Assembly (NCBI GenBank): GCA_963664405.1
Contig: OY761158.1
Coordinates: forward strand, 1,184,001 to 1,248,000
Direction of reading: 5' to 3'
Length of the DNA stretch: 64,000 nt
Source: Thermoanaerobaculia bacterium
GTDB taxonomy: Bacteria > Acidobacteriota > Thermoanaerobaculia > Multivoradales > Multivoraceae
Shown: positions 10,346 to 20,730 of the stretch, piece after piece
Numbering within the stretch: position 1 is the first letter of the stretch
Layout: every line of letters starts with the position of its first letter
The notes under the pieces: model-generated
The model's database searches: none
Seen by the model: the letters and a program-made list of their open reading frames with translations, nothing else
Told to the model about the DNA's origin: nothing
Translations under genes and position numbers: made by a program

Positions 10346-11065
10346 CTAGTGGCCCCCTGCAGCGACTCTAGCGTTGATGAGGGTCGGGGCCACGGGGTAA
10401 AGGAAGCGAGGGACGCGGAACCAAAGCAGTCCGATGACGGGCCGAACCGTATCAAGTCGTCCCGCCTGAGGCGGCCTGATCGGCAAGATCTGGACATCGG
10501 TGAAACCAGCCGTTTGCAACGCACTCTCGAAGAAACGAGCGGAGTGCATCACCACCAACGGGGTGTCGACCATCGCCAGAAGAGCCCGAGTCGCCGGCGA
10601 GAAGAGGAGCTGGGTCGCATATATGAATCGGTTGAGGCAGAATTCCGAGATCCATACAGACCCACCGTCGGCGAGGAGACGACGTGCCTCTGCGAGTACG
10701 TGTCGAACGCAAGTTCTCGCGCTACTCCCGCGGTTATCGGTGACGTGATGGAGAATCAACGGGAAGACGATGTGATCGAACGAGGCCGACTGGAGCGGCA
10801 GCGTTCGAGCCTCCCCAAGGACTCCCGACACGCCTTCCGGTAGCTCACCCAGCATCGCAACGCTGAGATCCGCCGCCGTCACCTGAGGTGGTAACGAGTT
10901 GAGGTCTGCCCTACTCCACAGGCCGCCAACACAGAGAACTCTGCCTGAGACCGAAGTTTCAATGACACGCGCGGTCACGGCGTGGTGAGCTCGCATTCCG
11001 GCCTCAGTGTCGCGATATTCCTCGGCCACATCGTCGAAGAACTGACGCACGTCGCGCGCGGTCAT
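10346..11065 (-). CDS. Class I SAM-dependent methyltransferase
   Basis: DLSVAML, LPLQSASFDHIV..LHHV, RRLLADGG; start at MTARD. Confidence 0.75.
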   Translation of the reverse strand: MTARDVRQFFDDVAEEYRDTEAGMRAHHAVTARVIETSVSGRVLCVGGLWSRADLNSLPPQVTAADLSVAMLGELPEGVSGVLGEARTLPLQSASFDHIVFPLILHHVTDNRGSSARTCVRHVLAEARRLLADGGSVWISEFCLNRFIYATQLLFSPATRALLAMVDTPLVVMHSARFFESALQTAGFTDVQILPIRPPQAGRLDTVRPVIGLLWFRVPRFLYPVAPTLINARVAAGGH

Positions 11066-11073
11066 GGCGAGAG

Positions 11074-11892
11074 CTACGGGGGCCTGCCCCGAACGGCTTC
11101 CTGGCGATATTTTCCGACTGCGCGTGCACCTTGCCAGACCTCCCAAATCGCCCGCAAGACCGACGGTGGCGCGATCGCCTTCGACTGGCCAAAGGAGCGA
11201 CCCCGAGAGACGAAGGGGGCTTCGGTGATGCGAAGCTCCGGTCGGCGCAGTTGTGCTTTCGCTAGCATCTCGGCGAAGTAGGCATGTCCCCCGGAGACTA
11301 CCTCGAGACCGCGAAAGGCCTCGACCCTGTACATCTTGAGGCCGTTGAGGTAGGCCCAGGGGAAGCCGTAAAGGGTGGACGTCACGCGCCCGAACGCGAA
11401 CGAGGCGAGGCGGCGGCCGAGGGTGCGAATGACCGGATTCTGCAAGTAGCCGAGAATTACATCACTTCCATGGCGCAGAGCCATGAAGTTGTCGATTGAA
11501 GTCGAGAAAACGAGCTCTCCGTCGCCCGGAAGCACCGTGACCCAGCTTCCGTCAGGGATGCTCTCGTAGGCCTCACGCACGCTTACCCCGAGACCTCTAT
11601 TTCGCTCGTTGGCTATCATCTCGCATCGAGGCTCACGTTCGCAAACCGCCCTCATGCAATTGGCGGTACCGTCGGTCGAGCCGTCATCGATCAGCAGCAG
11701 GCGCACGGTCATCGGAAGGTTCGGCACATGAGCCAAAACCTCCCCGACCACGGATTCGATCGAAGCCTCCTCGTCGAGGCACGGGATGATGACGAAAAGA
11801 GTCTCGGGCTCGGAATTCACGGCTGGTAATTCCAGGTTCGTGGCGGACACCGAAGGTGCGGAGAGAAGCTTGGGATGCTGCGGTCGGCCCAA
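11074..11892 (-). CDS. GT2 glycosyltransferase (DPM/ArnC-like); start uncertain
   Basis: IIPCLDE, IDDGSTDGT, NRGLG, PGDGE motifs. Confidence 0.85.
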   Translation of the reverse strand: MGRPQHPKLLSAPSVSATNLELPAVNSEPETLFVIIPCLDEEASIESVVGEVLAHVPNLPMTVRLLLIDDGSTDGTANCMRAVCEREPRCEMIANERNRGLGVSVREAYESIPDGSWVTVLPGDGELVFSTSIDNFMALRHGSDVILGYLQNPVIRTLGRRLASFAFGRVTSTLYGFPWAYLNGLKMYRVEAFRGLEVVSGGHAYFAEMLAKAQLRRPELRITEAPFVSRGRSFGQSKAIAPPSVLRAIWEVWQGARAVGKYRQEAVRGRPP

Positions 11893-12069
11893 GTTATCGA
11901 GTCAGGTAGAGGTTACCGCGTTCCCAGGCGGTTGTAATCTCATCGTTTACCCGCTGGTGGGCGATCGGCTCGATGTTGGTCTCGTCAGCCACCGCATCTA
12001 GAGTTCCCGCGCGGTACCGGATGCCCAGTGCCTGGATGACAGGTTAGAATTGGCAGCGGTAGGCGCAGC

Positions 12070-13125
12070 GTGGGAGGTACAGTCGGAGAATCCTTGATCG
12101 AGAGCACTTCGTCGGGGCGTAGGTGGGCAAACTGGTGTGCCGACCTTGGAGTCGACGATCTGTATTGGTCGTGGCCACACATCACGCTTTGGGCGCGGGA
12201 ATCGCAGGCGGAAGCCGTCGGGATACGCTGGAGCGATGGAAGCAACACCGTGCTTCTTTGTGTACTGCGGTGTGACCTTTCGAGGATTCCCGGCGGAAGC
12301 GGGCACTGCGACGTACGGACCGCATACAACTTCGGCGGACCACTGTGGACTGGAGGTAGCGAGCCCGATGTCGCCGCGTTCGAGCGCGACTGGGATGGGA
12401 TGCTCCACGAATGGGGCGCGGTGACCGAGTTCATGCGCCTCCACCCGTTCCGCCACACAGTTGTGCCGTCCTACTCCGTGTCTCATTTCAACGATCACGT
12501 GGTGGACCTGACCCAAGGCTACAAAGCGGCCAGGGCTCGTTATTACGGCTCTTGGCGCCGCGACCTGCAAAGAGCGGAGCGCCTGCAGCTCGAGGTCGTG
12601 GTCTCGACAAATCCTGACAAGCACGAGGTCGGAGCCTTCGAGCTCCTGTACGCGCTGACGATGGAGCGGCTCGGCGCGCCACTCTGGTACCGTTTCAGCG
12701 CGCGGACCGTCGCGGGTCTGTTCGCCCTGGACGATGTGAGCATGGTCACGGCCTACGCCCCCTCGGGCGAGCCTGCGGCGCTAGGGTGCCTGCTGCGCTC
12801 GGGGCCGCAGCTTTTCTACCATCTGAGCGCTGCCGACCCCGCGCATCGTGAGTTGCACCCGACCCATCTGATGCTCGATGCGATGGTGCGCGCTGGATGC
12901 GCTCGAGGATGTGAGTACCTGCACTTGGGCGGCGGAGCGCTGTCGCTGCAGAAATTCAAGTCCCGCCTCGCCAGCGGCAGCGTGCCCTACTACATTGTCA
13001 AGCGCGTGCTGGATGAAGACATCTATGCCTCGATCTGTGCCATGAATGACCTGCCGATCGACGGCGAGGTCTTCCCTGCCTGGCTCGGCGCATGGAGCAA
13101 CGCGTCGCAGGGCGCCCATGACTGA
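12070..13125 (+). CDS. GNAT family (FemAB/CelD-like) acyltransferase
   Basis: AYNFGGP, EFMRLHP, TMERLGA..WY.F, YHLSA, LHLGGG, LQKFK. Confidence 0.8.
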   Translation: MGGTVGESLIESTSSGRRWANWCADLGVDDLYWSWPHITLWARESQAEAVGIRWSDGSNTVLLCVLRCDLSRIPGGSGHCDVRTAYNFGGPLWTGGSEPDVAAFERDWDGMLHEWGAVTEFMRLHPFRHTVVPSYSVSHFNDHVVDLTQGYKAARARYYGSWRRDLQRAERLQLEVVVSTNPDKHEVGAFELLYALTMERLGAPLWYRFSARTVAGLFALDDVSMVTAYAPSGEPAALGCLLRSGPQLFYHLSAADPAHRELHPTHLMLDAMVRAGCARGCEYLHLGGGALSLQKFKSRLASGSVPYYIVKRVLDEDIYASICAMNDLPIDGEVFPAWLGAWSNASQGAHD

Positions 13126-14032
13126 GCACGGCGTCGCCGCGAAGGCGAGCTACGAGACGCTTCTCGAGAGCCTCAACGACGAGGTTGACGGATGGTCTCG
13201 TACCGACGCGCAGGTGCCCGCGCGGCCCCTCCTGTTCGTAGTGGGTATCCCCCGCAGCGGCACCACACTGCTGTATCAGCTGCTGGCAGCCAGCGGTGGA
13301 TTTGCCTATCCGAGCAACCTCATTGCACGATTCTACAAATCACCCGCTTACGGGGCGCGAATCCAACGACTGCTCGCGCCCCTGCTCGAGCGTGGAGCAC
13401 CGGAATGGAGCTCTCGAGCCGGGAACACAGAGCATTGGTGGGGGCCACACGAGTTCGGCTACTTCTGGCGGCATCATCTGCCGTTCGCCGAGCACCACGA
13501 GCCTGCCGGCCCGTCCATGGACAATCTCGCTCGGGCAGTAGCCGCATTAGAGGCTGAATGCACGAGCCCGCTGCTGTTCAAGAACGGCATCTTGTGTCTA
13601 GTGCTGCAGCACCTCGCGGCGGCGATGCCGACCGCCCGCTTCGTGCACATCCACCGCTCGCCTCTCGACGTCGCACTCTCGCTGTACCGAATGCGTGTGC
13701 GCTGTTACGGCGACGCGCGCAAGTGGTGGTCACTCCGACCTCGCGACGTGGACCTGTCCGCGCCGCCGGAAGTGCAGATCGCTGACCAGATCGCACAAGC
13801 GAAGTCGGCCATCAGCCAGGCCGCGACCGAGGTGGGACCGCTGCGATGGATGGAAGTCTCCTACGACGATCTTTGCGCCGATCCACACTCCGTCGTGAGG
13901 GCAGTCAGTCGTCTGATAGGCACCGAACTGGCAACGGCGGAGCTCCCTGGGCACTTCTCAGCATCGCGCACGGCGGATGCTCCGCTCGAAGATAAGCTGC
14001 GCACCGAGCTGGAGTATCGAGGGCTCGCTTGA
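13118..14032 (+). CDS. PAPS-dependent sulfotransferase
   Basis: 5'-PSB motif GIPRSGTTLL; 3'-PB motif HRSPLDVALS; ATG 13118 overlaps the upstream stop. Confidence 0.88.
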   Translation: MTEHGVAAKASYETLLESLNDEVDGWSRTDAQVPARPLLFVVGIPRSGTTLLYQLLAASGGFAYPSNLIARFYKSPAYGARIQRLLAPLLERGAPEWSSRAGNTEHWWGPHEFGYFWRHHLPFAEHHEPAGPSMDNLARAVAALEAECTSPLLFKNGILCLVLQHLAAAMPTARFVHIHRSPLDVALSLYRMRVRCYGDARKWWSLRPRDVDLSAPPEVQIADQIAQAKSAISQAATEVGPLRWMEVSYDDLCADPHSVVRAVSRLIGTELATAELPGHFSASRTADAPLEDKLRTELEYRGLA

Positions 14033-15072
14033 GCGAGGACCGGTGGGAGGTCGGCTCGGCCCTGCACTGGATGGCGGTGGCAGCGCCGCCCCAGCCATCG
14101 GTACTGCCCTGGGCTAACGGCCGCTGGCTCGGGACGGGTCGCCAGGCGCTGCGCCTTGTCGTTGAATTAGGATACCGCAAGCGGGGCTGGAGGCGGCTCT
14201 GGATCCCGAGCTATTTTTGCCAAGACGTGGCCCGTGCACTAGTGGCGACGGGAATTCGGCTCGAGGCTTATCCAGACCAGCCAGGCCGGCCAATCGAGCC
14301 ACCCGAAACACACCCTGGCGACGCGCTGCTGGTCCATAGTGGTCTCGGTTTGAGGGCCGGACGGCCCGCTGTCCCTGTTGACGTGATCGAGGATCACACC
14401 CACTCATTGCTGTCGCCTTGGGCTCGTGGGAGCGACGCCACCTTCTGCATCGCGTCGCTGCGGAAGCTACTTCCAGTGGCCGATGGCGGGGTCGCCTGGT
14501 CTCCAGCTGGACTCGCGCTCCCGAGCATCCCTAAGCAAACGGACGCCCAGCGCCGCGCTACGGAGACCCGGCTTCAAGGCATGTTGCTGAAGGCGCATTA
14601 CCTGGCGGGCTTGGCGGTCGACAAATCGACGAGCCTGCACCTGCTCGATGCCGGAGAGGCGGCCTTCGCCGACGGCGATCTGTGTCTAGCCTCAGCCCTG
14701 ACCCGTGCGCTCGTGCCCGCATTGCCCTTCGTTGGCTTTGAGCAAGCGCATCGCGACAACTACGCTCGCCTGTCAGCCGCTCTCATCGACGGCGGGTCTC
14801 GCTGCGTGGTGCTGGCGCCGGAGGAGTCCGCCGCACCGTTCTGCGCTTTCGTGGTGTTCGGCGATGCCGCAACTCGCGATCGCGTCCGCCGACAGTTGGC
14901 AGCGAAGAATGTCTATGCGAGCGCGCTCTGGCCTCTCGACCCCTCGGTTGTGAATGGCATTCCAGACGAGGACAGAGATCTATCAGCGCGCAGCTTCTGT
15001 CTTCCCGTCGACGCCCGCTATGATGGGTCGGACATGGACCGCATCGTAGAGGCCTTTCGCTGCGCAGAGTGA
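14029..15072 (+). CDS. DegT-like PLP-fold protein of polysaccharide loci
   Basis: TGRQAL, PSYFC, IEDHTH, SLRK, LPVDARY; coupled to the sulfotransferase. Confidence 0.7.
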   Translation: MSEDRWEVGSALHWMAVAAPPQPSVLPWANGRWLGTGRQALRLVVELGYRKRGWRRLWIPSYFCQDVARALVATGIRLEAYPDQPGRPIEPPETHPGDALLVHSGLGLRAGRPAVPVDVIEDHTHSLLSPWARGSDATFCIASLRKLLPVADGGVAWSPAGLALPSIPKQTDAQRRATETRLQGMLLKAHYLAGLAVDKSTSLHLLDAGEAAFADGDLCLASALTRALVPALPFVGFEQAHRDNYARLSAALIDGGSRCVVLAPEESAAPFCAFVVFGDAATRDRVRRQLAAKNVYASALWPLDPSVVNGIPDEDRDLSARSFCLPVDARYDGSDMDRIVEAFRCAE

Positions 15073-15109
15073 TGCGCAACTAGCATCGGGCTGCTAGTAC
15101 ACTCGCGCC

Positions 15110-15793
15110 ATGAATCCGGACGAGCATCACAGTCGGCTTTACTACAAGAAACTGCTTCCCGCCTCGGCGTGGCGACGCATTCTCGCTAGTCAGCAGCAAG
15201 AGATCTACGACCGTTTCATCGAGCACTTCCCCGCAGCCGCTGAGACGACCGTCCTCAATGTCGGTGTCAACGCGGATTTGCGTGAGCATCATCAGTACTT
15301 CCTGGAGTCGCGGTACCCCTACCTGGAGAAGGTCGTTGCCTGCGGGCTCGAATCGGACGACTACTACGGGAGTCTCTTTCCCGCGGCGACTTACAAGCAG
15401 GTTTTTTCGCGGCCAACCACTACCGTTCGAGGACGGCAGCTTCGACCTGGCATTCTGCAGCGCCGTCGTCGAGCACGTCGGCTCACGCAGCGATCAGTGT
15501 CGCTTTGTGAGGACGTCCTGAGGGTTGCCAAGCGAGCGTTCTTCACCACACCGAATCGGTGGTATCCGATCGACCTGCACACATTACTCCCCCTGCTGCA
15601 CTACTTGCCGGGGCGTCTCTACCGCCCTCTGTACCGACTATTGGGCTTCGAGTTCTTTTCGCGCGAGCAGAACTTGAACCTCCTCGACCGCTCCTCACTG
15701 GCGTCCCTCGTGCCTCGCGAGAGGCCCTTCGAGATCCGAACGCACAAGTTCCTGGGGCTGCCCTCGAATCTTCTGCTCTCGGTCAATCGTTGA
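15110..15793 (+). CDS. Class I SAM methyltransferase with two compensating frameshifts
   Basis: VLNVGV and TTPNRWYP are in the main frame, while LPFEDGSFDLAFCSAVVEHVG lies in another frame (about 15408-15510). Confidence 0.8.
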   Translation: MNPDEHHSRLYYKKLLPASAWRRILASQQQEIYDRFIEHFPAAAETTVLNVGVNADLREHHQYFLESRYPYLEKVVACGLESDDYYGSLFPAATYKQVFSRPTTTVRGRQLRPGILQRRRRARRLTQRSVSLCEDVLRVAKRAFFTTPNRWYPIDLHTLLPLLHYLPGRLYRPLYRLLGFEFFSREQNLNLLDRSSLASLVPRERPFEIRTHKFLGLPSNLLLSVNR

Positions 15794-15841
15794 CACAAGG
15801 GTGGGTCGGCCATTCGCCCCCGCCTGCTACTCCGTCAGGCC

Positions 15842-18671
15842 TCAGGCACTTGCCTCTTCCTCCTCATGGATGACGACCGTACCGGCATCCCCGTCGATAG
15901 TGATCGTCTGACCATGCTTGATCCGCTTGGTGCCGTTGCCGACCCCGAGCACTGCGGGTATGCCGTACTCCCTGGCCACGATGGAACCGTGAGCGAGAAT
16001 GCTGCCCATATCGGTCACCAGGCCAGAGGCGTGGGCAAAGAGCTGGGTCCAGGCAGGCGTGGTCAGCGGCGAGACCAGGATCGACCCGGGAGCCATCTTG
16101 TCGAACTCGGCGGCACCTAGCACGACGCTCGCCTGAGCGGTCACCCGCCCCGAGCTCACCGGAAAGCCTCTCATCAAGTCGCTGGACTCGTCGTTCAGAA
16201 TCTGAGTCTCCTTGAAGGCGACGTTAGGATCCTGGCGCGCTTCCTCCGGAAGAGTGCCGGGCGGATGATGGCGCTTGCGTGCCTCCCTGAGCTCGCGGCG
16301 CTCCGCCGCCAACTCACCCAGCTCGGGTAGAGCTTCACCGGCCTTACGCCCCTCGATGGCTCGTGTGAGCTCTTCAGTGACCATGAAGTAGGTGTCCTCC
16401 GGAATTCTGAAGGTGCCGGCTTCCACCATGCGCCGGCCTAGCTCTTCGGCCATGGGGCGCAGCACCGACCAGGTGTAGCCGAAGTGAAATGCCACTTCTT
16501 CCCGGATGTAGTTGTACTTGCGAGCCAGCCACAGACGATAGCGAAACTGCCAGTACTCGAGGCCCTCGAGCAGCCCTCGGACCGCCTCGAATTTCTCTTG
16601 GCGAATCGACGACGCTCTGATGTCCTGGTGCTTCGGATCGTAGTCCCTGTCCCGAACCATGGCCTTCAGACTGGCGAACAGCGCCGACGGATCTTCGACC
16701 TGGGTGGGTTCCACGAAGTCCATGCTGTAACCCTGGTGGCCGTAGGCGTCAAGATAGGCTCTGATGCCCGCAAGCACCTCGGTGGCATCCCTCGCGCTGC
16801 CGCAGTGCCTCCATCAGAAACCTGCCAGGCGTGACCGTGACGACATAGGCTAGCTCGTCGTTCGCGCGCACCAGTTTGGCGATCTCGAACAGGTCGGCGT
16901 TGGCCTGCATGCTCTTCGATTCGATGCCGGACAGGAACTGACCGCTGATGAAATTGTGATCCGGCAAGGTCTCTCGGAGAAAGCACTGCAAGTGATCGTC
17001 GGTGGACTTGGCGACTCCGAAAGTGTGGCCCGAGTTGCTCGACCAGTAGTAGCCCTCCTCGATCCCCATCTCGCGAATGCCCTCGAGCAGCTCTTCGTCG
17101 CCAGCCGTCGAAAGATCGAGCTTGCTCCATTTCTCAGCGGTAGCCACCAGTCGAGGCCTGGTGACCTCGTGCCACTCACCGAGCTGTCGGTCGTTGAACG
17201 CCGTCTTGTGGGCGAATACGTAGGTCGGGTTGTCGCTCTCGGGCATGGTCACAGCATGGGCCAAATTCCCGGCGTCCTGAGTCTCGGCCCAGGTCCTGAA
17301 GGCTCTCTGGTCTTCCTCAGAAAGCTGCGAGACGAAGAGGTCCAGGTCTTCTCGCTCCTGAATGGCGAGAGTTTTCTGGTGCTCCTGCCGCTTTTGCTCG
17401 GCTTCCATCGCCTGCTGCTCGGCGGCCTCGATCTCCGCCTCGCTGACGGGTTCGGGTTTCTTGTCTTTCTGGCCTCTCCTGCCGAGGATCTGAGGGAAAT
17501 CAAAGCGCATGTAGGCGTAGCCGTTCACAGTGACGAACAGCGGCCCGCCGCCCACCAGAATGCTCTTCCCTTTTCGAGTGGATTCGAGGCCTTCGGTGAG
17601 ATACAGCTCCTCGAAAAGCGGGCAAACCGGGTCAGGCATGTTCTCGACGATCTGGCGACGACTCACATACTGAGCCGGTGGAGTGGGAGTCCAGTCGACT
17701 TCGATGGGCTGGACAGGCAGGTTGGTAATCGGCCGGGACTGCAGCAACCAGAGCTTGCCCTCCGACACCGCCCACTCGATGTCCTGCGGAAGGTCGTCGT
17801 AAAGCCTCTCGACCTCGAGCGCGGTCGAGACCAGCTCTTCGAGCCGCTCGTCAGACAAGGACGAGCGCTGCCGATCGCCCTCCGAGACATCTTCCAGGCG
17901 CGTGCCCTGCTCCCCGTCAGAGACGATCTGCTGCTCCTTGGGGCCGATCATCGTCTCTTTCGCCGCGCGGGACGCCCGATCCACGATGTAAGTGTCTGGC
18001 GTCACCTGCCCGCTCACCACCGCCTCGCCCAGCCCGAAGCTCGCATTGACGATCATCTCCGAGCGCTCCCCGGTCGCCGGGTTGGCGGTAAACAGAATCC
18101 CAGAGACTTCGGAGCGCACCATGATCTGCACCGTGACCGCCATGGCGACAGATTCTTGGTCGATCCCGTTCTGGTGCCGATAGCTGATCGCCTGCGGTGT
18201 CCACAGTGAAGCCCAGCAACGCCGAACCGCCTCGACGACAGCTTCGCCGCCTCGAACGTTCAGGAAGGTCTCCTGCTGGCCGGCGAAGGAGAGCCCTGGC
18301 AGGTCCTCCGCCGTGGCCGAGGAACGCACCGCAACCGGTGGCGCGTCGCCGCCGAGGGCGCCGTAGGCCTCGCGAATCTCGGCAACGACCGCCGCCGCGA
18401 GGGGGGGGCCATCGAAGAGAGCCTGAATGCTCCGCGATGCCGACTCGAAAGACAAGGCGCGATCCGTCACCTCGGCTCTGGCGAGATCGACGATCTTCGC
18501 CTGCAGATCGTTCTCACTGACGAAACCGCGATAAGCGGCCGTGGTCACATGGAATCCGCCGGGGACCGAAAAACCCGCGTTGACCATGCGGGCGAGAGAC
18601 CTCCCCTTACCTCCCACGACCTCGAGCGAGTCTTCTGTCGTCCACAGGGGTAGTACGCTTGCTGCAGTCAT
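15842..18671 (-). CDS. PEP-synthase/rifampicin-phosphotransferase-like dikinase (ATP-grasp, substrate domain, C-terminal His swivel), split by one frameshift
   Basis: VGGKG, AVRSSATAED, SFAGQ, QDIEW, LQSRPIT in 16749-18671; LAHGSIVAREYGIPAV in 15842-16777; removing one G at about 16790 joins them (RE-DATEVLAG). Confidence 0.85.
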
Positions 18672-18879
18672 TGCCTAGCTCCTCCATCGAAAACTGAGTC
18701 GAGGCGCACTTTACCAAACTTGTAACACTGTGCGTTTTTTTGGAAACGCACCCTGACATTGACCCATCGGGCGGCACTGTCACGCCTCCAGACTCCTTGA
18801 CTGACCGCGATCGCGGAAGTAGCCTTCTCGAGTCGCCAAGCCTCGATAGAAGCAACGATCCGGAGGAGGCAGTCGCCCT

Positions 18880-19332
18880 ATGAGAGCCGCACTGATTCCG
18901 ACCCTCGCTGTCTCACTTGCGTGCATGGCTGGCCTCCCTGCTCCGGCGCAGGAGAGCGCTCCTGATTCGGTCCTGACCGTGGAGATCGAGATCAAGCCGG
19001 GTAGCGGCAACAGTATCAACCCCAAGAAGAAGGCTCAGATCCCGGTTGCGATCATGGCAACAAGCCTCTTTGACGGAGACGATGCCGACTTCGTCCCCTG
19101 GACCATTGACGCTGCGAGTCTCAGGTTCGGCCCAGCCGAGGCGAAGATTATCCATGATGCCGGGCATGAAAATGACGTGGACGGCGATGGCGATTTCGAC
19201 ATGATCATCCACTTTTCCACGCCGAACACCGGCATCTCCTGCGGTGATACCGAAGCGAAGCTGACGGGCGCGACCATCGCAGGCGAATCCTTCGAGGGAG
19301 TGGACAAGGTCAAGACGACGGGGTGTAAGTAG
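18880..19332 (+). CDS. Small secreted protein with DxDGDGD Ca-binding-like motif
   Basis: GGAGG SD; signal peptide ending APA-QE; IEIKPGS..INP..IPVAI; DVDGDGDFD; two Cys in the mature part. Confidence 0.75.
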   Translation: MRAALIPTLAVSLACMAGLPAPAQESAPDSVLTVEIEIKPGSGNSINPKKKAQIPVAIMATSLFDGDDADFVPWTIDAASLRFGPAEAKIIHDAGHENDVDGDGDFDMIIHFSTPNTGISCGDTEAKLTGATIAGESFEGVDKVKTTGCK

Positions 19333-19358
19333 GAGACGTTCAGCGCCGTCGCAAGTCC

Positions 19359-20639
19359 ATGGAAGTACTGCTCATAGGGTCCGGTGGGCGTGAAAACGCC
19401 ATCGCCTGGAAGATCGCTCAGAGCCCCCGCTTGACCCAGCTCTATTGCGCGCCGGGAAGCGCCGGGATGGCTCGATACGGCGAGTGCAAGGAGATCGACG
19501 CGATGGACATCGACGGCCAGATCGCCTATGCCAGGGAAAAGTCGGTAGATCTGGTCGTCGTCGGCCCGGAGAATCCGCTGGAGGCTGGCATCGTCGATCG
19601 CCTCGAAGCAGAGGGCTTCAGGGTCTTCGGCCCGAGCGCGGCCGCCGCGAGAATCGAGACTGACAAGGATTTCGCGCTCGACCTGATGCATAGATACGGC
19701 ATCCCGACCGGCGCCTTCGCCACCTTCAGCGACCCACTACCGGCTAAGGAATACGTCAGGAAACAAGGCGCGCCGATCGTCCTCAAGGCGGCGGGACTGG
19801 CGGCGGGTAAGGGGGTCATCGTCGCCGAGACCCTCGATCAAGCCCTCGAAGCCGTCGACGAGATCTTGGTCGACGCGGCCTTCGGGGCGGCCGGCGCCAA
19901 GCTGGTCGTCATGGAGTATCTGGACGGGGAAGAGGCTTCGATCTTCGGCTTCACCGACGGCAAGGATCTGGTCTACACGGTCTCCTCGCAGGATCATAAG
20001 CGCATCGGAGAGGGTGAGACGGGTCTCAATACCGGCGGAATGGGAGCCTACGCGCCGGCCTCCGTCGTCACCGCCGAGCTGGAGCACGAGATCTACGATC
20101 GGGTCATGAAACCGACGATCGATGCTCTGGCCGCGGAAGGGACGCCCTTCAAGGGCATCTTGTATGGCGGGCTGATCTTCACCGCCAAGGGGCCGCAAGT
20201 CATCGAATTCAACTGCCGTCTGGGCGACCCCGAAGCCCAGGTCGTGCTGCCGTTGATGAAGACCGACATCCTGGATATCTTCGAGGCAGCCGTCAACGGA
20301 AGGATCTCCGAGATTGACATGGAGTTGGACGAGCGCGCCGCCTGCTGTGTCGTCATCGCGTCGAAGGGCTACCCCACCCAATACGAGAAGGGGTTCCCAA
20401 TCACCGGGATCGACGACGCGGAGGCGCTCGGCGACGTCATCGTCTTCCACGCCGGCACCGAGAGTCGCAATGGCCGGCTCTTGACCAAAGGCGGCCGCGT
20501 TCTTGCCGTCACCGGGGTCGACAAGGACATCCCGGCCGCCATCGACCGTGCCTACCGTGCCGCCGACAGCATCGGCTTCGAGAACCCCTACATGCGCCGA
20601 GACATCGGCTACAAGGCGCTCGAGCGACTGAAGAGCTGA
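19359..20639 (+). CDS. purD: Phosphoribosylamine-glycine ligase
   Basis: IGSGGRE, VGPENPL, GLAAGKGV, QDHKR, NTGGMGAY, EFNCRLGDPE, GGRVL. Confidence 0.97.
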   Translation: MEVLLIGSGGRENAIAWKIAQSPRLTQLYCAPGSAGMARYGECKEIDAMDIDGQIAYAREKSVDLVVVGPENPLEAGIVDRLEAEGFRVFGPSAAAARIETDKDFALDLMHRYGIPTGAFATFSDPLPAKEYVRKQGAPIVLKAAGLAAGKGVIVAETLDQALEAVDEILVDAAFGAAGAKLVVMEYLDGEEASIFGFTDGKDLVYTVSSQDHKRIGEGETGLNTGGMGAYAPASVVTAELEHEIYDRVMKPTIDALAAEGTPFKGILYGGLIFTAKGPQVIEFNCRLGDPEAQVVLPLMKTDILDIFEAAVNGRISEIDMELDERAACCVVIASKGYPTQYEKGFPITGIDDAEALGDVIVFHAGTESRNGRLLTKGGRVLAVTGVDKDIPAAIDRAYRAADSIGFENPYMRRDIGYKALERLKS

Positions 20640-20730
20640 ACACCGGCCCGGCTTGAAGCATCGCCAAGAACTTGGTACGGTGTTCCAAGTCTCTGCCCCC
20701 CCCTTTTCATCACCGGCCTGGAGGAGATTC

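Noticed and set aside
18730-18751. GTGCGTTT-N6-AAACGCAC palindrome between divergent genes, sharing TTTGGAAACGC with the MITE-B end
   Set aside because: Single short instance without a CTAG end; could be an operator but there is no supporting second site
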